Assembly: GCA_049646425.1 (NCBI GenBank)
Contig: JBARVU010000141.1
Span: 1-51,796 of the forward strand
Length of the DNA: 51,796 nucleotides
Reading direction: 5' to 3'
Origin: Phormidesmis sp.
Lineage (GTDB): Bacteria; Cyanobacteriota; Cyanobacteriia; Phormidesmidales; Phormidesmidaceae
Under the pieces are notes generated by a model. It did not search any database and was not told the DNA's origin. It was given only the letters and a program-made list of their open reading frames with translations. Shown in pieces: positions 19,718 through 29,545 of this stretch (its first letter is position 1; the number at the start of each line of letters is the position of its first letter). Made by a program: the position numbers and the translations under genes.

Positions 19718-22700
19718 TCACTTCAGGTTCGCTAAGCGGTGGGCTTGCCGGCGCTGTCGGCGCTGGTCATTTGCAGACTGGCTCTGCCTGCGGGTCTTGG
19801 CCCGATCCTGACCGAACTGAGAAGGGCGGGCGGCGGGCTGGCTCAAGCGCTTAGCCAGTGTATGGACGGTAGGATATTGAAACAGCTCAACCATCGAGAG
19901 AGAATGCTCAAGCGTTTCTTGCAGTCGGCTGTGCAGCTGAACTAACAGGAGAGAATGGCCGCCCAGCTCGAAGAAATTGTCATGAATGCCCACGCGCTCG
20001 ACCGATAACAGTTCCTGCCAAATCGTCGTAATCTTCTTCTCAAGGTTGGTTTGAGGCAGGACATAAGCAGTGTCTAGACTAGGGCGGTGCCCATCAGGTG
20101 CCGGTAAGGCCCGGCGGTCTACCTTGGCATTAGGGGTCAGGGGCAGTGCCTCTAACGTCACAAAAATTGCGGGCACCATGTAGTCGGGCAGGGCCTGTTG
20201 AAGACTGCGGCGCAGTTCGCTAGTGGTGGGTAGCGCCTGCTGCGAGACTGTTGGCTCGGGCACGATATAGGCGACTAGCTGCCCTTGACCTGTCGCATCT
20301 GGCCGATCTACCACCACTGTTTGAGCGATCGCCGGATGCTGCGCCAGTAGAGCCTCAATTTCGCCCAGCTCAATCCGGTGTCCGCGAATTTTGACCTGAT
20401 GATCGAGCCGACCGAGAAATTCAATCGTCCCGTCGCGTCGATAGCGAGCCAGATCGCCCGTTCTGTAAAGCCGCTCCCCTCGTTCTCTAGACGCTTGGCT
20501 ACAGGGATGGGGGATGAATTTCTCCTGGGTCAGATCTGGACGATTTAGATAGCCCCGGGCCAGTCCTGCGCCGCCGATGTGCAGTTCGCTAGGCACCCCA
20601 ATCGGCACCGGCTGACGGTGGCGATCCAGGATGAAAATTTGCGTATTGGCAATCGGTCGGCCAATTGAGACGAGCGCTGAGTGATCGGCGGGAGCGGTCT
20701 CCTCCGTTTTCTGATCTACCCTGTGCATGGCTGACCAGATGGTTGTTTCGGTAGGGCCGTATAGATTCCAGAGGGCATGTCCTCGCTGACGAAGCTGATC
20801 GGCCAATGCCTGAGGCAACGCCTCTCCGCCGCAGAGAATGCTCAGGCGCGCTTGCCCGGCCCATCCGGCTGCCAGCAACAATCGCCAGGTAGCCGGGGTA
20901 GCCTGCATTACGGTTACGCCCAGCCGGTCGAGGGCAGACCCAAGTTGAGCCCCATCAGAGGCCAGGGTTCGACTTGCAAGCACCGTGCGGGCACCGGTAC
21001 AGATTGGCAAGAACAGTTCGAGAACGGCAATGTCAAAGGACAGCGTGGTCACCGCCAGCAGGATATCTTCAGGGGTAAGCTGTAGCTCATCCTGCATCGC
21101 CCGCAGAAAATTCACGACGCCCCGATGGAGAACTTGTACGCCCTTGGGTTTACCGGTTGACCCGGAGGTATAGATCACGTAGGCCGGATGCTCAGGCTGT
21201 ACCCCGCTAGTGGGATTGTGCTCGGGGTGCTGAGCCAGCGTAGGCCAGTCGGTATCTATGCAGATCACCTGAGCGGCAGGCGAGGGGAGCGTGGCCACCA
21301 GAGACTGTTGCGTCAACAGCGCCGAGACGCTGGCATCGGTCAACATATGCTCTAAACGAGCGGTTGGATAGGCTGGGTCTAGGGGAATGTAGGCTCCGCC
21401 CGCTTTGAGAATACCGAGCAGCCCTACCATCATTTCCAATGAGCGCTCTATGTAGAGACCTACCCGCGACTCTGGGCCAATGCCCAGGCTTTGCAGGTGG
21501 TGGGCTAGCTGGTTAGCCCGAGCGTTGAGTTCCCGGTAAGTGAGCTGCTCTGCTTCAAATTCGACGGCGATCGCCTCTGGGGTTTGCTGTACCTGCGCTT
21601 CAAACAGCTGATGTAGACCCTGACGCTGAGGATAGACAACTTGAGTACTGTTCCAGGTCTCCATCAGCTGATGCTGTTCGGGTTCACTCAAGAGCGGTAG
21701 GTCGGCAAGTTGTTGTTCTGGGTGGCTGGCGATCGCTCTCAACAGCGTCTGAAAATGGCCAATCATTGCGGTCATGGTAGACGGATCGAACAAATCGCTG
21801 TTGTATTCCCAGATTCCCGTCAGGCCAGATTCTGACTCTGTCAGCGAGAGAAATAGATCGAATTTCGCGGTCACACTCTCGATTTCTAAGGGCGTTAGCG
21901 TTACCCCCGGCACTTCCCAATCCTTCAATGGAGAAGGTTGCAAGGTGAACATCACCTGAAACAGGGGGCTATGGCTAAGATTTCGGTCGGGCTGGAGGGC
22001 GCTGACCAGCTGCTCAAAGGGTACGTCTTGATGGGCATAGGCTTCTAGAGCAACCTGTCGTACCCGATTCAAAACTTCGGTGAAGGTCGGATTGCCCGAG
22101 AGATCGGTTCGCAAGACGAGGGTATTGAGAAAGCACCCGATCAGGGGCTCAATCTCCTGACGATGACGATTGGCAATCGGAGAGCCGATGAGAATATCCT
22201 CCTGCGTGCTATAGCGACTGAGCAAGCTTGCAAAAGCAGCCAGCAGGGTCATAAACAAAGTAGTGTCAGTTTGTTGGCTAAGCTGCTTGAGCGCTTGGGT
22301 GAGGTTGCTATCGAGCTGAAATCGCTCGGTTTGGCCATGAAAGGTTTGCAGGGCAGGCCGCGGTCGGTCGGTGGGTAGATCCAGCACGGGCGGCGCGTCA
22401 GTCAGCTGCTGTCGCCAGTAGTTGAGCTGGGTCTCTAGCAGCGGGCCGGTCAGCTGCTGCCAGTGAGCAAAGTCGGCATACTGCACCGGCAAGGCTGGTA
22501 GGGGTGACGGCTGTCCCTGGGAGAACGCTGTATAGAGAGCCGCAACCTCTCGCAGCATAATCTCCATAGACCATCCGTCAGAGATAATATGATGCATCGT
22601 GAGCAGTAAGACCTGACGGGTGTCTTTGAGCTGCAGTAGGCTGAGTCGCAGCAGCGGTCCCGTGGCGAGATCAAACGCAGTTTGGTGAGATTGTTCGGCT

Positions 22701-25700
22701 CGCTGTTGTACGGCCATAGCCTGTTCTGCCTCAGAGAGTCCTTGCAAGTCCACCGCTTCAAGCGTGACCGACGAGGCAGGAGAGACGGCCGCTACCACGG
22801 TACCCGCCTGTAACTGGAAGTGGGTGCGGAGCGTCTCGTGGCGATTGACAATCTCTGCGATCGCTTGGCTCAGCGCCTGGCGGTCGAGCTGACCGTCGAA
22901 TCTTACGGCTGCTGACACATTGTAGGCAGTTTTTCCTTGTTCTAGCTGGTCGAGAAACCATAGTCTCTGCTGCGTAAACGACAAAGGCCGATCATCCGCC
23001 TGGGGCCTGGGCACAATCGCCGGTAGCGGTAGGGGAGCGTCTTCTTGACGGGCCGCTTCAATGGCCTCGCTAAGGGACGCGACTGTTGGGCGCTCGAACA
23101 GTTGGCCCAAAGGCAGCTCGACTGCAAAAGCGGTTCGTAGCCGAGAGATCACCTGGGTCGCCAGCAGCGAATGACCCCCCACTTCAAAAAAGTTGTCGTA
23201 GATACCCACTTCGCGCCCTAAGAGATCTTGCCAAATGCTAACTAAGACAGTCTCTGTCGGCGTACGCGGGGCGACCTGGCTGTCTCGTCCGTGGCTGACA
23301 GCATCCGGGGCAGGCAGTGCCGCCCGATCCACTTTTCCATTGGCTGTCAGAGGCAGGGCCGTCAGCATGACAAAGGCGGTCGGCACCATGTAGTCGGGTA
23401 AGGTCGCCGCCAGAAAACGGTGCAGGTCGCCTGGGGTAGGCGCCAGTTGCTCGGGCACAATATACGCCGCCAGACTGGTATATCCTTGAGCATCTGGGCG
23501 AACAATCACCCGCGCAGAGCGAACAGCCGGGTGGCCGCTCAGACAGGCTTCAATTTCTCCTAGTTCGATGCGGAATCCCCGAACTTTTACCTGATGGTCG
23601 AGCCGGCCGAGATATTCGAGCGTGCCGTCAGGCCGATAGCGCGCCAAGTCTCCTGTTTTATAGAGGCGACCGCGGCCAAACGGATTGGCAATAAATCTCT
23701 CAGCCGTTAGCTGGGGCCGATTGAGGTAGCCTCGGGCCACCCCCGCCCCGCCGATATAGAGTTCGCCGCTGACCCCAATAGGCACTGGTTGACCGTGCTG
23801 ATCGAGGACATACAGTTGAGTATTAGCGATGGGCCGACCGATGGGAATCTCACCGGCCAAAGTGTCTTCTAAAGGCACCTCATAGACACAGCAGCCCACC
23901 ACGGTTTCTGTCGGGCCATACTCATTGATCAGTCGAGTGCGGGGGGCGTGCTTGCGCCAGAAGGTGAGGTGTTGTCCCAGTAGAGCTTCACCGCCAATGA
24001 CCAGCGCCCGGCTGCATCCTTGGGCGGTCTCGGGGGGCAATAGCTGGCTGAGGGCATCAAGGTGGGCCGGCGTAATTTTCACCAGGCTAAAGTTGTTGTG
24101 AGCACTCAAGGCATCTCTGAGCGCTTCTATCTCTTGAGTGGCTCTCTCGCCGTCGTTAGCCAGCATCATCACGGGCTGGCCAACTAACAAGGGAGAGAAC
24201 AAACTGGTCAGTGTGGCATCGAAGCCAATCGAAGAATGAACCGGACTACCACAGCCACCGGCAACCGCATAGGCATCGATGCACCAGCTCAAGTAGTTCA
24301 CCAGACCGCGATGGGGAATTAGGGTGCCTTTGGGCTGGCCGGTAGAGCCTGAGGTGTAGATGACATAGGCCAGGTGCTCAGAAGTGACTGTACTGGCCGG
24401 GGATGTCTGAGGCAAGCGCCCGAGCTGGGGAGATGCAGTATCTAGGCACAGCACTTGGGTCGCTGGGTCGACAAGTTGACTCACCAAAGATTGCTGAAGC
24501 GTCTGTTGGGTCAGCAGCACGGCCACTTGCGCATCTTCTAACATAAACTTCAGCCGAGACGGAGGGTAGGCCGGGTCTAATGGCACGTAGGCCCCTCCAG
24601 CTTTGAGAATACCGAGGAGACCCACCATCATCTCCAGTCCGGGAGCCAGGCAAATGCCAACTAGGCTGTCTGGCCCTACCCCTAGCGTTTGCAGTTGGTG
24701 CGCCAGCTGATTTGCTCGGGTATCTAGGTCTCGATAGGTGAGAGATTGATCGCCAAAGACAACGGCCGGGGCGTCGGGCGTTTTGACGACCTGCTGTTCG
24801 AATAGCGTGTGAAAACAGCGATCACTTGGGTAGTCTTGCTGGGTTTGGTTGAACTCAACTAGGAGCTGCTGTCGTTCTGAAGGGGTGAGAATAGCGAGTT
24901 GGTCGATTGCTGTCTGCGGCTGTGCCAGCGTACTGCCTAGTAGGGTGCAAAGCTGACCGGCTAACCGTTGGATATCTGCTTTTTCAAAGGCTTGAGTATC
25001 GTAGTGGAATTCAATCGCGAGGGCTTCGGCAGTGCGTATCGCTACGAGCTTCACTTTGTAGGGAGTCAGATAAACTGACTGCTGCTGAATCGAGAAGCTG
25101 ACGCCGCCAGCCATCGCTTTCGGCGGGCGAACTGCATACTCAAAGCCAATTTCAGAGGAGGGTTGAGCATCTTGCTCAGACAGTTGCGCCGACTCTCCAT
25201 TCAGCATGACGCTGTAGAGGAAGGGGTCTAACTGGGTAGAGAGATCGGCGACGGCTGCTGTCAAATTAGCCAACACTGTCTGAAAGCTCAGGTTCGATTG
25301 AAATTGACCTGTGACTGGCAGCGCTTGCGCGAACAGGCCTATGGCGTTGTGTAGCTCTTCGTAAGGTCTGCCGTCCAGCAGATAGTCGACCACCAGGGTA
25401 GGACTACTGGTCAGACGCCAGAGCAGCGTTTGCCAGCAGGCGAGTAGCCAAACCGGCACTGTAGAAGAGAGCGGGGCGATCGCATCGAGTTTGGCCACCT
25501 GTTCCGATGGAATTGTCACCGTCAAGACGTCAGGCGTAAACTCGGCCCCAGCGGCAATATCTTGTTCGCCGGGCAGCTTAAGATCTGCAAAGACCGAGGG
25601 GTGTGAGGGAACAAGCGAAGGAGGTGCGGCCTCTTCTAGAAGAGAGTATTGCCATTCGGCAAACTGAGCATACTGAATCACCTCTGCTTCATCTAGGCTT

Positions 25701-26260
25701 CGGTCATTTAGGTGGCTTTGGCTATCTAGGAGAAGCTCGGCGTAGGCTTTGCTGAGTTCCGTGACCAGGTTGTTGAGCGTCCAGGCATCGGCGCACAGCG
25801 ACGGTAGCGTAATTCTCAGAAGATGACGATACGCCGACTGTCTCAGCAGGGTGACCTGTAGGGGTGGTGCCTCCTCACCTTCAGCCTCAGCTGCTGGCGC
25901 TGGGCGAAACAGGGACTGGATGTGAGTTGCCTGTTGATCAGGCGACTGTCCACTCACATCGATCCGCTGCCATTGACACTTTTCTGTTTCACTGATCGCC
26001 TGTACCGGCAAACGAATCCCTGCTGGCTGGACAAAGGTAGTGCGGAGAATCTGATGGCAGGCGATAATTTGGTTCAGCGCCTGCTCTAAAATCTCATCGT
26101 TTAGCACGCCCTCCAGAGCGATCGCACAGTGGGCTCGGTAGGCAGCCCCATTTTGTTGGAGCGGCCAGAGATGAGCTTGTTGGGCAGATAGCCGAAAGCC
26201 TTGAATGGTAGTTTCCATGTCTTTCTGAGGGATGATCAATACACTAAGCGGAGGGGCCAA
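19718..26260 (-). CDS. NRPS: Interface-A(Asn)-T-C-A(Gly)-T
   Basis: N-domain ITLPSLCAD (no HH); A1 code DATKVGEVGK (Asn); C HHIISDGWS; A2 code DILQLGLIWK (Gly); two GGHSLL T domains. Likely start is ATG 26218 (METTIQGFRLS), matching the N-termini of the other two interface proteins. Confidence 0.94.
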   Translation of the reverse strand: MAPPLSVLIIPQKDMETTIQGFRLSAQQAHLWPLQQNGAAYRAHCAIALEGVLNDEILEQALNQIIACHQILRTTFVQPAGIRLPVQAISETEKCQWQRIDVSGQSPDQQATHIQSLFRPAPAAEAEGEEAPPLQVTLLRQSAYRHLLRITLPSLCADAWTLNNLVTELSKAYAELLLDSQSHLNDRSLDEAEVIQYAQFAEWQYSLLEEAAPPSLVPSHPSVFADLKLPGEQDIAAGAEFTPDVLTVTIPSEQVAKLDAIAPLSSTVPVWLLACWQTLLWRLTSSPTLVVDYLLDGRPYEELHNAIGLFAQALPVTGQFQSNLSFQTVLANLTAAVADLSTQLDPFLYSVMLNGESAQLSEQDAQPSSEIGFEYAVRPPKAMAGGVSFSIQQQSVYLTPYKVKLVAIRTAEALAIEFHYDTQAFEKADIQRLAGQLCTLLGSTLAQPQTAIDQLAILTPSERQQLLVEFNQTQQDYPSDRCFHTLFEQQVVKTPDAPAVVFGDQSLTYRDLDTRANQLAHQLQTLGVGPDSLVGICLAPGLEMMVGLLGILKAGGAYVPLDPAYPPSRLKFMLEDAQVAVLLTQQTLQQSLVSQLVDPATQVLCLDTASPQLGRLPQTSPASTVTSEHLAYVIYTSGSTGQPKGTLIPHRGLVNYLSWCIDAYAVAGGCGSPVHSSIGFDATLTSLFSPLLVGQPVMMLANDGERATQEIEALRDALSAHNNFSLVKITPAHLDALSQLLPPETAQGCSRALVIGGEALLGQHLTFWRKHAPRTRLINEYGPTETVVGCCVYEVPLEDTLAGEIPIGRPIANTQLYVLDQHGQPVPIGVSGELYIGGAGVARGYLNRPQLTAERFIANPFGRGRLYKTGDLARYRPDGTLEYLGRLDHQVKVRGFRIELGEIEACLSGHPAVRSARVIVRPDAQGYTSLAAYIVPEQLAPTPGDLHRFLAATLPDYMVPTAFVMLTALPLTANGKVDRAALPAPDAVSHGRDSQVAPRTPTETVLVSIWQDLLGREVGIYDNFFEVGGHSLLATQVISRLRTAFAVELPLGQLFERPTVASLSEAIEAARQEDAPLPLPAIVPRPQADDRPLSFTQQRLWFLDQLEQGKTAYNVSAAVRFDGQLDRQALSQAIAEIVNRHETLRTHFQLQAGTVVAAVSPASSVTLEAVDLQGLSEAEQAMAVQQRAEQSHQTAFDLATGPLLRLSLLQLKDTRQVLLLTMHHIISDGWSMEIMLREVAALYTAFSQGQPSPLPALPVQYADFAHWQQLTGPLLETQLNYWRQQLTDAPPVLDLPTDRPRPALQTFHGQTERFQLDSNLTQALKQLSQQTDTTLFMTLLAAFASLLSRYSTQEDILIGSPIANRHRQEIEPLIGCFLNTLVLRTDLSGNPTFTEVLNRVRQVALEAYAHQDVPFEQLVSALQPDRNLSHSPLFQVMFTLQPSPLKDWEVPGVTLTPLEIESVTAKFDLFLSLTESESGLTGIWEYNSDLFDPSTMTAMIGHFQTLLRAIASHPEQQLADLPLLSEPEQHQLMETWNSTQVVYPQRQGLHQLFEAQVQQTPEAIAVEFEAEQLTYRELNARANQLAHHLQSLGIGPESRVGLYIERSLEMMVGLLGILKAGGAYIPLDPAYPTARLEHMLTDASVSALLTQQSLVATLPSPAAQVICIDTDWPTLAQHPEHNPTSGVQPEHPAYVIYTSGSTGKPKGVQVLHRGVVNFLRAMQDELQLTPEDILLAVTTLSFDIAVLELFLPICTGARTVLASRTLASDGAQLGSALDRLGVTVMQATPATWRLLLAAGWAGQARLSILCGGEALPQALADQLRQRGHALWNLYGPTETTIWSAMHRVDQKTEETAPADHSALVSIGRPIANTQIFILDRHRQPVPIGVPSELHIGGAGLARGYLNRPDLTQEKFIPHPCSQASRERGERLYRTGDLARYRRDGTIEFLGRLDHQVKIRGHRIELGEIEALLAQHPAIAQTVVVDRPDATGQGQLVAYIVPEPTVSQQALPTTSELRRSLQQALPDYMVPAIFVTLEALPLTPNAKVDRRALPAPDGHRPSLDTAYVLPQTNLEKKITTIWQELLSVERVGIHDNFFELGGHSLLLVQLHSRLQETLEHSLSMVELFQYPTVHTLAKRLSQPAARPSQFGQDRAKTRRQSQSANDQRRQRRQAHRLANLK

Positions 26261-26293
26261 GCGCTCTAGAACAGCACCGGGCGGGTTGATAGA

Positions 26294-28753
26294 TCAGTCA
26301 ATTTGCCAGCTGTCACCCATGGCGACCAGCAGGTTGCGCTCTCCTGAAAAAGAATTTCGGGCGTGAGCCGACAGCAGATTATCGAGCATTACAATGTCGC
26401 CTTGCTGCCAGGGAAAGCTCACTTCCAGCTGTTGATAGACTTCGCAGATAGTCGCCATGTCTTCGTCTGCAATCGGTGAGCCGTTGCCGTAATAACAGTT
26501 GCGAGGCAGGTCTTCTGCTGCGAAGAGGGTCAATAGAGACTGGCGCGTGGCTGTATCTAAACAGGACAGGTGCCAGTGTTGGGCCTGATTAAACCAAGAC
26601 ATTTCTCCTGTTTTAGGATGTTGGATGACCGCCGGACGAACGCAGCTTGCCTGTAGCCGATCACCTGACTTCCACTCAAACGTCATACCATTGTCTCGGC
26701 AGTGCTGCTCAACTTGAGCCTTATCTTCCGTTTGAAACACGGTTTGCCAGGGAAGGCCCGCACCCTGCCCATAGTTGCGGACATACATTATCTGCCGATC
26801 CACGAAGCGCGATTTAATCGGGTCAGGCATCTGTTCAAAGACCTGCCGGCTGTCAACAATGGGCGTCTCGCCGCCCTGCTGAGCTGGTTGCACACAGCCA
26901 AACCAAATCTTCAGCGGTACCTGACGATTAAAAGAGTTTTCGTTATGCCACAGAATCTTCTGCTCGGCTGGATAAAACACGGGCGTATACACCCGGCCGC
27001 TGACGGTGGCGCGAATGTGTTCACCGTTGTTTTGCAATAGTTCACGCGCAAGCGATGCGGTAAATTGCTCAAACTTGGGCGTTGTCAGCTTCTGATTAAA
27101 ACCCCGAAAGAGGAGCGCGCCATGCTTTAGCAATTCTCTCTCTAGATAGCCCTGATGATGCTTTGCCCAATCGACTAGATCGAGACCTGCAGTAGTTGGC
27201 TTAATCATCAAAGGAAGAGTACTGCCTGACAACAGCTGAGTGGTTTCGACTAGGGTATCTTGACTTAATGTCTTCAGCTTGGGCCGGATAGCTTTGAGCT
27301 TAGACAGCTTGGAGCGTTTGTCTGCCTGTTGGGCGATCGCTTGCTGGGTTCGCTCAGTCTCATTCAATAGGTGCAGCTGTTTGAGCGGGGCATGGGGGCG
27401 ATCACAAATGTCCGCTAACAGGGTTTGAAATTGCTGAACCATTTTCGCAACTGTAGCTGCCTCAAACAGGTCAGTGCTGTACTCAAACACTCCCTGTAAG
27501 CACTGCGACTTTTCCCACACAAACAGGGTTAGCTCATTTTGAGTAACGCGTTTCTCGATCTCTAAAGGCTTCAGCGTGAGATTTGGCAGCTTCAGGGTGG
27601 GGGGCGGCGCATTCTCAAACACAAGACTGACCTGGAAGAAAGGCGTCTGACCTCGGCTGCGCTCCGGCTTCAAGGCTTTGACCAGTTCGTTAAAGGGCAG
27701 ATCCTGATGGGCGTAGGCGTCTAACACAACCTGTCGCACCCGGTCTAGCAGAGCGTGAAAGGGAGGATTTCCCGAACAGTCAGTGCGCAAGACTAGCTGA
27801 TTTACAAAGAAGCCGATCAGCTCTTCGAGGTCGAGCTGATGGCGGTTGGCGATATCTGTTCCAACCACGACATCGGTTTGGCCGGTGTACCGGCAGAGCA
27901 GTATTTGAAAGGCGGCTAGCAGGGTCATAAACAGCGTTGCTCCAGAAGACTGGCTCAGGGCTTTGAGCTGCTGAGTGGTTTCCTCGCTGAGCTGAAAGCG
28001 TATCGTTCCCGCCTCAACCGTCTGCTTATTAGAACGAGGACGGTCAGTCGGCAGGACTAGGTGAGGGGGAATGTCTGCCAGCTGTTGCCGCCAATAGCTG
28101 AGCTGGGTATCTAGCAGCGCACCCGGCAACGTTTGTTTTTGCCACTCGGCAAAGTCTGCATATTGAATCGACGGTTCTGGCAAGGGAGACGATTTGCCCT
28201 GAGTGAAGGCGTTGTAGAGACTGGATAGCTCTCGGCTAAAAACCGCTACAGACCAAGCATCGGCAATAATGTGATGCACCGTGATCAGAAAGACATGGAC
28301 ATGCTCGGCTAGCTTCAACAGCTGCACTCGCATCAGAGGCCCCGTCGAAAGCTCAAACGGCGTCTGAGCGGCGGTATAGGCAAGCGATTGAGTCTGCTCG
28401 CTCTGGGCTTCAGGGGCGAGCGTCTGGAGATCGAGCACGGGCACCGGTAGCGTTGCCTCAGGCGTAATCACCTGGCAGGGCATTCCCTCAACCACTTTAA
28501 AGATTGTTCTAAGTACCTCATGGCGACGCCGAATTTCAGTGATCGCCTCGGTCAATGCCGGAATGTCTAGCGGCCCCTCTAAGCGCAACGCTCTAGAGAT
28601 ATTGTAGGAAACCTGATGGGGAGCCAGCTGATCAACCAGCCAAAGCCGCTCTTGCGCAAACGACAGCGGAAAGATAAACACCTCTTCTAAGGTGGCTGTT
28701 GCCATTGCCTTGTCCTCACTCAAACCGCTAACTGTATTTTGTTGAAGTATCAT
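26294..28753 (-). CDS. Condensation domain - fused TauD-type beta-hydroxylase
   Basis: C HHIIADAWS with LCL-like motifs (PLSFAQERLW, IQYADFAEWQ, IGFFVNQLVLR). TauD YTPVFYP...WHNENSF, GGETPIVDSR, DNLLSAHARNSF. Alternative start ATG 28705 has GAGGA upstream. Confidence 0.93.
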   Translation of the reverse strand: MILQQNTVSGLSEDKAMATATLEEVFIFPLSFAQERLWLVDQLAPHQVSYNISRALRLEGPLDIPALTEAITEIRRRHEVLRTIFKVVEGMPCQVITPEATLPVPVLDLQTLAPEAQSEQTQSLAYTAAQTPFELSTGPLMRVQLLKLAEHVHVFLITVHHIIADAWSVAVFSRELSSLYNAFTQGKSSPLPEPSIQYADFAEWQKQTLPGALLDTQLSYWRQQLADIPPHLVLPTDRPRSNKQTVEAGTIRFQLSEETTQQLKALSQSSGATLFMTLLAAFQILLCRYTGQTDVVVGTDIANRHQLDLEELIGFFVNQLVLRTDCSGNPPFHALLDRVRQVVLDAYAHQDLPFNELVKALKPERSRGQTPFFQVSLVFENAPPPTLKLPNLTLKPLEIEKRVTQNELTLFVWEKSQCLQGVFEYSTDLFEAATVAKMVQQFQTLLADICDRPHAPLKQLHLLNETERTQQAIAQQADKRSKLSKLKAIRPKLKTLSQDTLVETTQLLSGSTLPLMIKPTTAGLDLVDWAKHHQGYLERELLKHGALLFRGFNQKLTTPKFEQFTASLARELLQNNGEHIRATVSGRVYTPVFYPAEQKILWHNENSFNRQVPLKIWFGCVQPAQQGGETPIVDSRQVFEQMPDPIKSRFVDRQIMYVRNYGQGAGLPWQTVFQTEDKAQVEQHCRDNGMTFEWKSGDRLQASCVRPAVIQHPKTGEMSWFNQAQHWHLSCLDTATRQSLLTLFAAEDLPRNCYYGNGSPIADEDMATICEVYQQLEVSFPWQQGDIVMLDNLLSAHARNSFSGERNLLVAMGDSWQID

Positions 28754-29454
28754 CCTACAGCCTCCAGAGAGCGGCTACCCAAGGTTTGAGCAGCGATTAT
28801 GAGCGGATCTAGGAACACTGTCTGCGCAAAGGATTTTTTGCTGAGAGCGTATTTGTTTAACAAATGTATTTCTGTGCAGCCTGCAATTAAGTAGTCAGCC
28901 TGGTAGCGATGTTTCAGTCGCTCTAAGCTGCGTAGGGCCATTCGATAACAGATCGTATTTCGTTTAATCTGGTAGATCAGACGGTGAATTGCGGCCTGGT
29001 CAGGCTGATCGAGCAGAATAATACGGTCTTTAGTCAGCTGCCATAGCGCATGGTTTTGGAAAAGATTGAGCTGCCTTGTCCCTTCGGTGCAGACCAATAG
29101 ATATTTACCCGGCTGTTCTAAAATCTGGTTGAAGATTAGATCAATTAAGGAAATAATCGGTCGCCGCAGTGAGTTGGGCAATTGGGGCAGGAGATGGTGG
29201 CAGGTAATGCAACAAAGGATATTCTCAGCGGTGCCCATCTCTCGCAGCCGTAACAGGGCAGCCGTTAGGTTTGCTAGCAGGGGTTGACTATTGCCGTTTA
29301 GCAAGGCTTCACTGCGGTCAGGGAAGGAAGGATCAGAATACATAATGACCCGAGGTGCATCCTGTTCTCGCAATTCGGATAGATTGTGTTCATAGAGCGT
29401 TTTGAGAAACTCTGCAGATGCCAGCGGTCCCATTCCTCCTACAATTCCTAACAT
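28750..29454 (-). CDS. PLP-independent aspartate/glutamate racemase (McyF-like), about 234 aa
   Basis: MLGIVGGMGPLASAEFL, PDRS, and two catalytic Cys regions (LCCITCHH, AGCTEIHL). GGAGG at 29466-29470 precedes GTG 29460 / ATG 29454, so the ORF-track extension to 29754 is not used. Confidence 0.9.
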   Translation of the reverse strand: MLGIVGGMGPLASAEFLKTLYEHNLSELREQDAPRVIMYSDPSFPDRSEALLNGNSQPLLANLTAALLRLREMGTAENILCCITCHHLLPQLPNSLRRPIISLIDLIFNQILEQPGKYLLVCTEGTRQLNLFQNHALWQLTKDRIILLDQPDQAAIHRLIYQIKRNTICYRMALRSLERLKHRYQADYLIAGCTEIHLLNKYALSKKSFAQTVFLDPLIIAAQTLGSRSLEAVG

Positions 29455-29545
29455 CGCCACGGCGACCTCCCAATAGTTTTTTGACGTTTTCGGTTGCATG
29501 GTGAGGGCTGCTATCACAAGTTTGTACAATTGCAGCCGGGTGAGC

